NCBI RefSeq assembly: GCF_006345805.1
Contig: NC_042997.1
Location: 79,670,001-79,734,000, forward strand
Reading direction: 5' to 3'
Origin: Octopus sinensis
Taxonomy: Eukaryota
DNA: 64,000 bases
This document shows positions 60,561-64,000 of the stretch, piece by piece. The translations under genes and the position numbers were made by a program. How positions within the stretch are numbered: position 1 is the stretch's first letter; every line of letters begins with the position of its first letter. The notes below the pieces were generated by a model that was given only the letters and a program-made list of their open reading frames with translations, made no database searches and had not been told where the DNA came from.

Positions 60561-60893
60561 CACACGTCAAGATCATCAGCCCTCTTTCACACGCACATAC
60601 GTACTCTTACACACACGCGCACCTTCGTTTGGGGATTACTACTACTTTGGTATTTTCCCTACTTCTTAGCTCTCCTGTGTGACCCTTCTGTCCGGCATTC
60701 GCCATGATAGATCGGTAGCCACTACACACATTTTTTCTCTCTTTGTTTCTTTCTGTGTTTCTTTCTGTGGAAGAGCGTAGACTCGAAACGTTAAAGACTT
60801 TTTCAATTCCCGAGCGTTATACTAATACATCTATTTGTTGTCTACACCACCGGTCTTCGTCTTTCGTTTTTTTTTCGTGAATTCTCCCTTCAT
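60560..60893 (+). mobile_element. Penelope-like terminal repeat with a hammerhead variant
   Basis: Hammerhead motif at 60760-60797; lies directly upstream of PLE coding sequence. Confidence 0.65.
60760..60797 (+). ncRNA. Minimal type I hammerhead variant
   Basis: Stem I tcttt/aaaga, core CTGTGGA (A6>U), a-gag-cgtaga-ctc, GAAA, palindromic ACGT, GUU triplet. Confidence 0.55.
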
Positions 60894-60920
60894 ATATATA
60901 TATATATATATATAATATAT

Positions 60921-60960
<40 letters not shown>

Positions 60961-62099
60961 ACCGGCCTAACTAAATCTGCATTAGAAAAAACTAGAAAAC
61001 ACAAATTCTTCGCCAACTTTAACCTATCTATCTCTTACAGGACAGCATATCATAAACCCAGTCAATATCTTAAATACATGAAAACAGATTCTAGCCACCA
61101 TAAATCTACTTTCGAGACCATAATCAAAGGCATAGCCATCAGAATATCCTATCTATCCGCCAATGAAGAAATATTCAATAACTACGCCTACTACTATAAT
61201 CAAGCTGTAGCTGCTAGTGGTTTCTCCCAGAAAATTAGATTTATACCCAACTCTAGACTTTACGGAACACCTCTCGAAACTTAGCTCCGAACAAACGCGC
61301 ACAAATATTAGAAATCCAATCTACTACAAGTCAATCTCACCCACTTAATACCCGCACGCACAACACTCGATCTACGAACACTAATATTAATATTAGACTT
61401 TCCAACTCTCCTCTAACATTCTCTAGGAATTACACCTCCCCTAACTTGCCTAAGAAAAGCAGCGGAGATTTATTCTCTGGTATACACCTCCATTCGCTAG
61501 TAGAATCCAATTACCCACGTAACCATACGTACCATTCTATCTTTAACAAATCCACTTTGAAATTATCCTATTCATCGACACCAAATATAGAATCTATAAT
61601 CACCCCATCTAATAAACGTAAACTTAGCTCCTACTATCTAAATACACACAACCCTGTCATACACCTACACAAAGAAAACACTAACACCGATCATAATAAC
61701 ATATCTAACACCTATGGCCCGACCACTTTAAGCAACTTAAACATACATAATATAATCCCCACCTCTGAGGAAAAACCGACGCAAACACTAATAGGCACAC
61801 TGATACTAACAATACTAATTATTTTATAACCACTTCAACTAATAACACATATATATCAACTACTAATAGGAACAGCAATAATATTAATAGTAACACCAAC
61901 GGCAATACTCCCATTACTGAAAACTGTACTATCATTAACACTCCTACCACAAACGCAATTATTAATAGCCGCAATAATAACATCACTAAAACCACCACTA
62001 ATACTAACACTATTACTAACGATATTACTACTGCTGCTACTATTACTAGTACTAGTAATACTAACAATACTACTACTACTACTACTAATGATAATGACG

Positions 62100-62160
<61 letters not shown>

Positions 62161-62173
62161 TAATAGTAATGTA

Positions 62174-62674
62174 TTGGTATAAAAGATGGGCTACAGCATG
62201 TCTTGGTATAAAAGATGGGCTACAGCAAATATTCTGCTCAATACCACAGATTTGCTTGTCAGTTGTTTGACCTTAACCAGTTGAGCATGTCCCTTAGTGG
62301 CTGACGATATGTGCATCTCTGATCACGAGCAGAAGTAGTGGGGGAGCATCATAGCCATGTGTTGAGAAGGATTCTTTGGGGTTTGAATAATTCACCTCTG
62401 GAAACATGGGTGTTTCGTTCAACGTCCTTAAACAACCCTTATTCAGGGACCTTTTGAGCGGGATGGGTTACTCGATCTGAGGAAAATTCTAACTGGGCTC
62501 CACCTGCAAGGTCATGTGCTGTTTATCTTGATATGAGATCACCATGTCGCGCACATATGGTTGTGATGCATGTGCCTGGTGTACCCTTATCAGACGGGTA
62601 GTCATGATGGGTATACTGGGCTTCGTATATTTTACCCCAGTGTCACTTTGATGGCATGCTCTGCTCGCTCACTC
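62174..62674 (+). mobile_element. Element X, second copy, between (AAT)n tracts
   Basis: Reverse-complement match to 9216-9675; 25-bp direct duplication at its 5' end (62174-98, 62203-27); (AAT)n tail 62675-62699. Confidence 0.88.
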
Positions 62675-62701
62675 AATAATAATAATAATAATAATAATAG
62701 T

Positions 62702-63086
62702 CGCAGGAGTGGCTGTGTGGTAAGTAGCTTGCTAACCAACCACATGGTTCTGGGTTCAGTCCCTCTACGTGGCATCTTGGGCAAGAGTCTTCTGCTATAG
62801 CCCCGGGCCGACCAATGCCTCGTGAGTGGATTTGGTAGACGGAAACTGAAAGAAGCCTGTCGTATATATGTATATATATATATGTGTGTGTGTTTGTGTG
62901 TCTGTGTTTGACAACCGATGCTGGTGTGTTTACGTCCCCGTCATCTAGCGGTTCGGCAAAAGAGACCGATAGAATAAGTACTGGGCTTACAAAGAATAAG
63001 TCCCGGGGTCGATTTGCTCGACTAAAGGCGGTGCTCCAGCATGGCCGCAGTCAAATGACTGAAACAAGTAAAAGAGTAAAAGAGTA
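62702..63086 (+). mobile_element. SINE family A, full length
   Basis: tRNA-like head (tggctgtgtggt, gggttcagtccc), cttgggcaag segment, internal (TA)(TG), 3' atggccgcagtcaaatgactgaaac plus gtaaaaga repeats. Confidence 0.92.
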
Positions 63087-64000
63087 AACAGTATAATGGT
63101 AACGCTGGCGTTGATATCGATATTAGAAACGACAGCAATAATAACAGCAAGATCCCGATCGATTCACCTAATATCACCCTAGCCACTACAAGCACTACCT
63201 CTTCTCTCTCTCCAATTAACTACCATAGAACCGATAAATGCAACTGCAGATCCAGGACAGATTACCCGCTGCAAGCCCAATGCAGAAAATTCAACGCCGT
63301 ATACTGATGCACCGTTCACAACATGGTAAATAACTCCTGTAACTACTACATTGGTTCTGGCACCAATTTTAAACAAAGGTCTTATGCACATTCAAACTCG
63401 TTTGAATATAATGAGAATAGTAATTCCACATCATTAGCCAGCCACATACACCATCTAATTAAGAGAAAATACAGTATAAATTTTCATGGGGTATAATAGA
63501 CTCGGGTACCCCATATCAGGGCCAACACTCCAGTTGTGAACTTTGTTTAAAAGAAGCTCTTAAAATTCTAACCCACAACTCGCCACAATTGCTTAATAAA
63601 TACGAGGTCTTCACTATGTGTAAATACAAATTCTTCTGCACTTTTATATTCTGAGAAATATATATATATATTAGTGCTACTGATGACATGTAATTCAGTA
63701 CAACCTGCCATGCAGTCTGGCCGAAGGCGACTAAACCTGCAACACTACCATACCTGCTTGGTAAGGAGTGTGGTTTTACACTGGATGCCTGCAGGAAAAA
63801 ATCAAAACCTGTCAAAGGATGGATGAACTAAGTAGAGTCAACGTCCATCCAAAAGCTGGAAGTGACGTTTAGCCATCACACTAGGAGGAAGTTCCGAAAT
63901 AACACCCGCTTGACTGAAAAGCATGAGATCTTGCTATGGCTTGTTTCTGGACTATTTGGCTTTGTAGGTGAGAGTCTGCGATGCTGTGCAACATGCTATT

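Larger units (their letters stand above)
60961..63650 (+). mobile_element. Penelope-like element (Neptune-type) RT C-terminus and GIY-YIG, interrupted by nested insertions
   Basis: KPSQYLKYMKTDSSHH..IAIRISYLSANEEIFN..SGF; NYPRNHTYHSIFNKSTLKLSYSSTPNI; after the insertions CNCRSRTDYPLQAQC..VY..YYIGS.TNFKQR..H.NSF..STSLASHI..W.II..PY..CELCLKE..LLNK. Confidence 0.9.

Noticed and set aside
62702-62780. tRNA gene calls for SINE heads (also 896, 7274-7652, 58978)
   Set aside because: A and B boxes are present, but they run into SINE bodies with no complete cloverleaf or Pol III terminator.

Overview
AT-rich, microsatellite-dense animal genomic DNA, almost certainly octopus. This is an inference from the long GC-rich 18S expansion segments, the tRNA-SINE families and the Dong/R4, Penelope-like and mariner repeat content. 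I found no host protein-coding gene that I can support. The window is a mosaic of decayed and nested mobile elements. DNA transposons include a full-length irritans-type mariner (17256-18544), cecropia-type and DD37D mariner fragments, and Tigger, hAT and Chapaev-like relics. Retroelements include at least eight R4/Dong-type fragments mostly bordered by (TAA)n, two CR1-group LINEs, a nearly complete Tx1/L1-clade LINE (50548-55245), several Penelope-like elements (PLEs) and many SINEs. There is also a 703-bp foldback element with telomere-type repeats at its centre and an orphan, 5'-truncated, mutated 18S-ITS1 copy (43595-46274). The points most worth follow-up are minimal hammerhead-ribozyme motifs and long hairpins from PLE terminal repeats, stacking of (AAT)n-tailed retroelements in TAA microsatellites, the telomeric-core foldback, and a repeat-poor island at 27.3-28.3 kb with clustered Gli/Ci-like and TALE-like motifs. 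Family assignments come from recognising protein and RNA motifs by eye, not from database searches. Boundaries of decayed elements are approximate.
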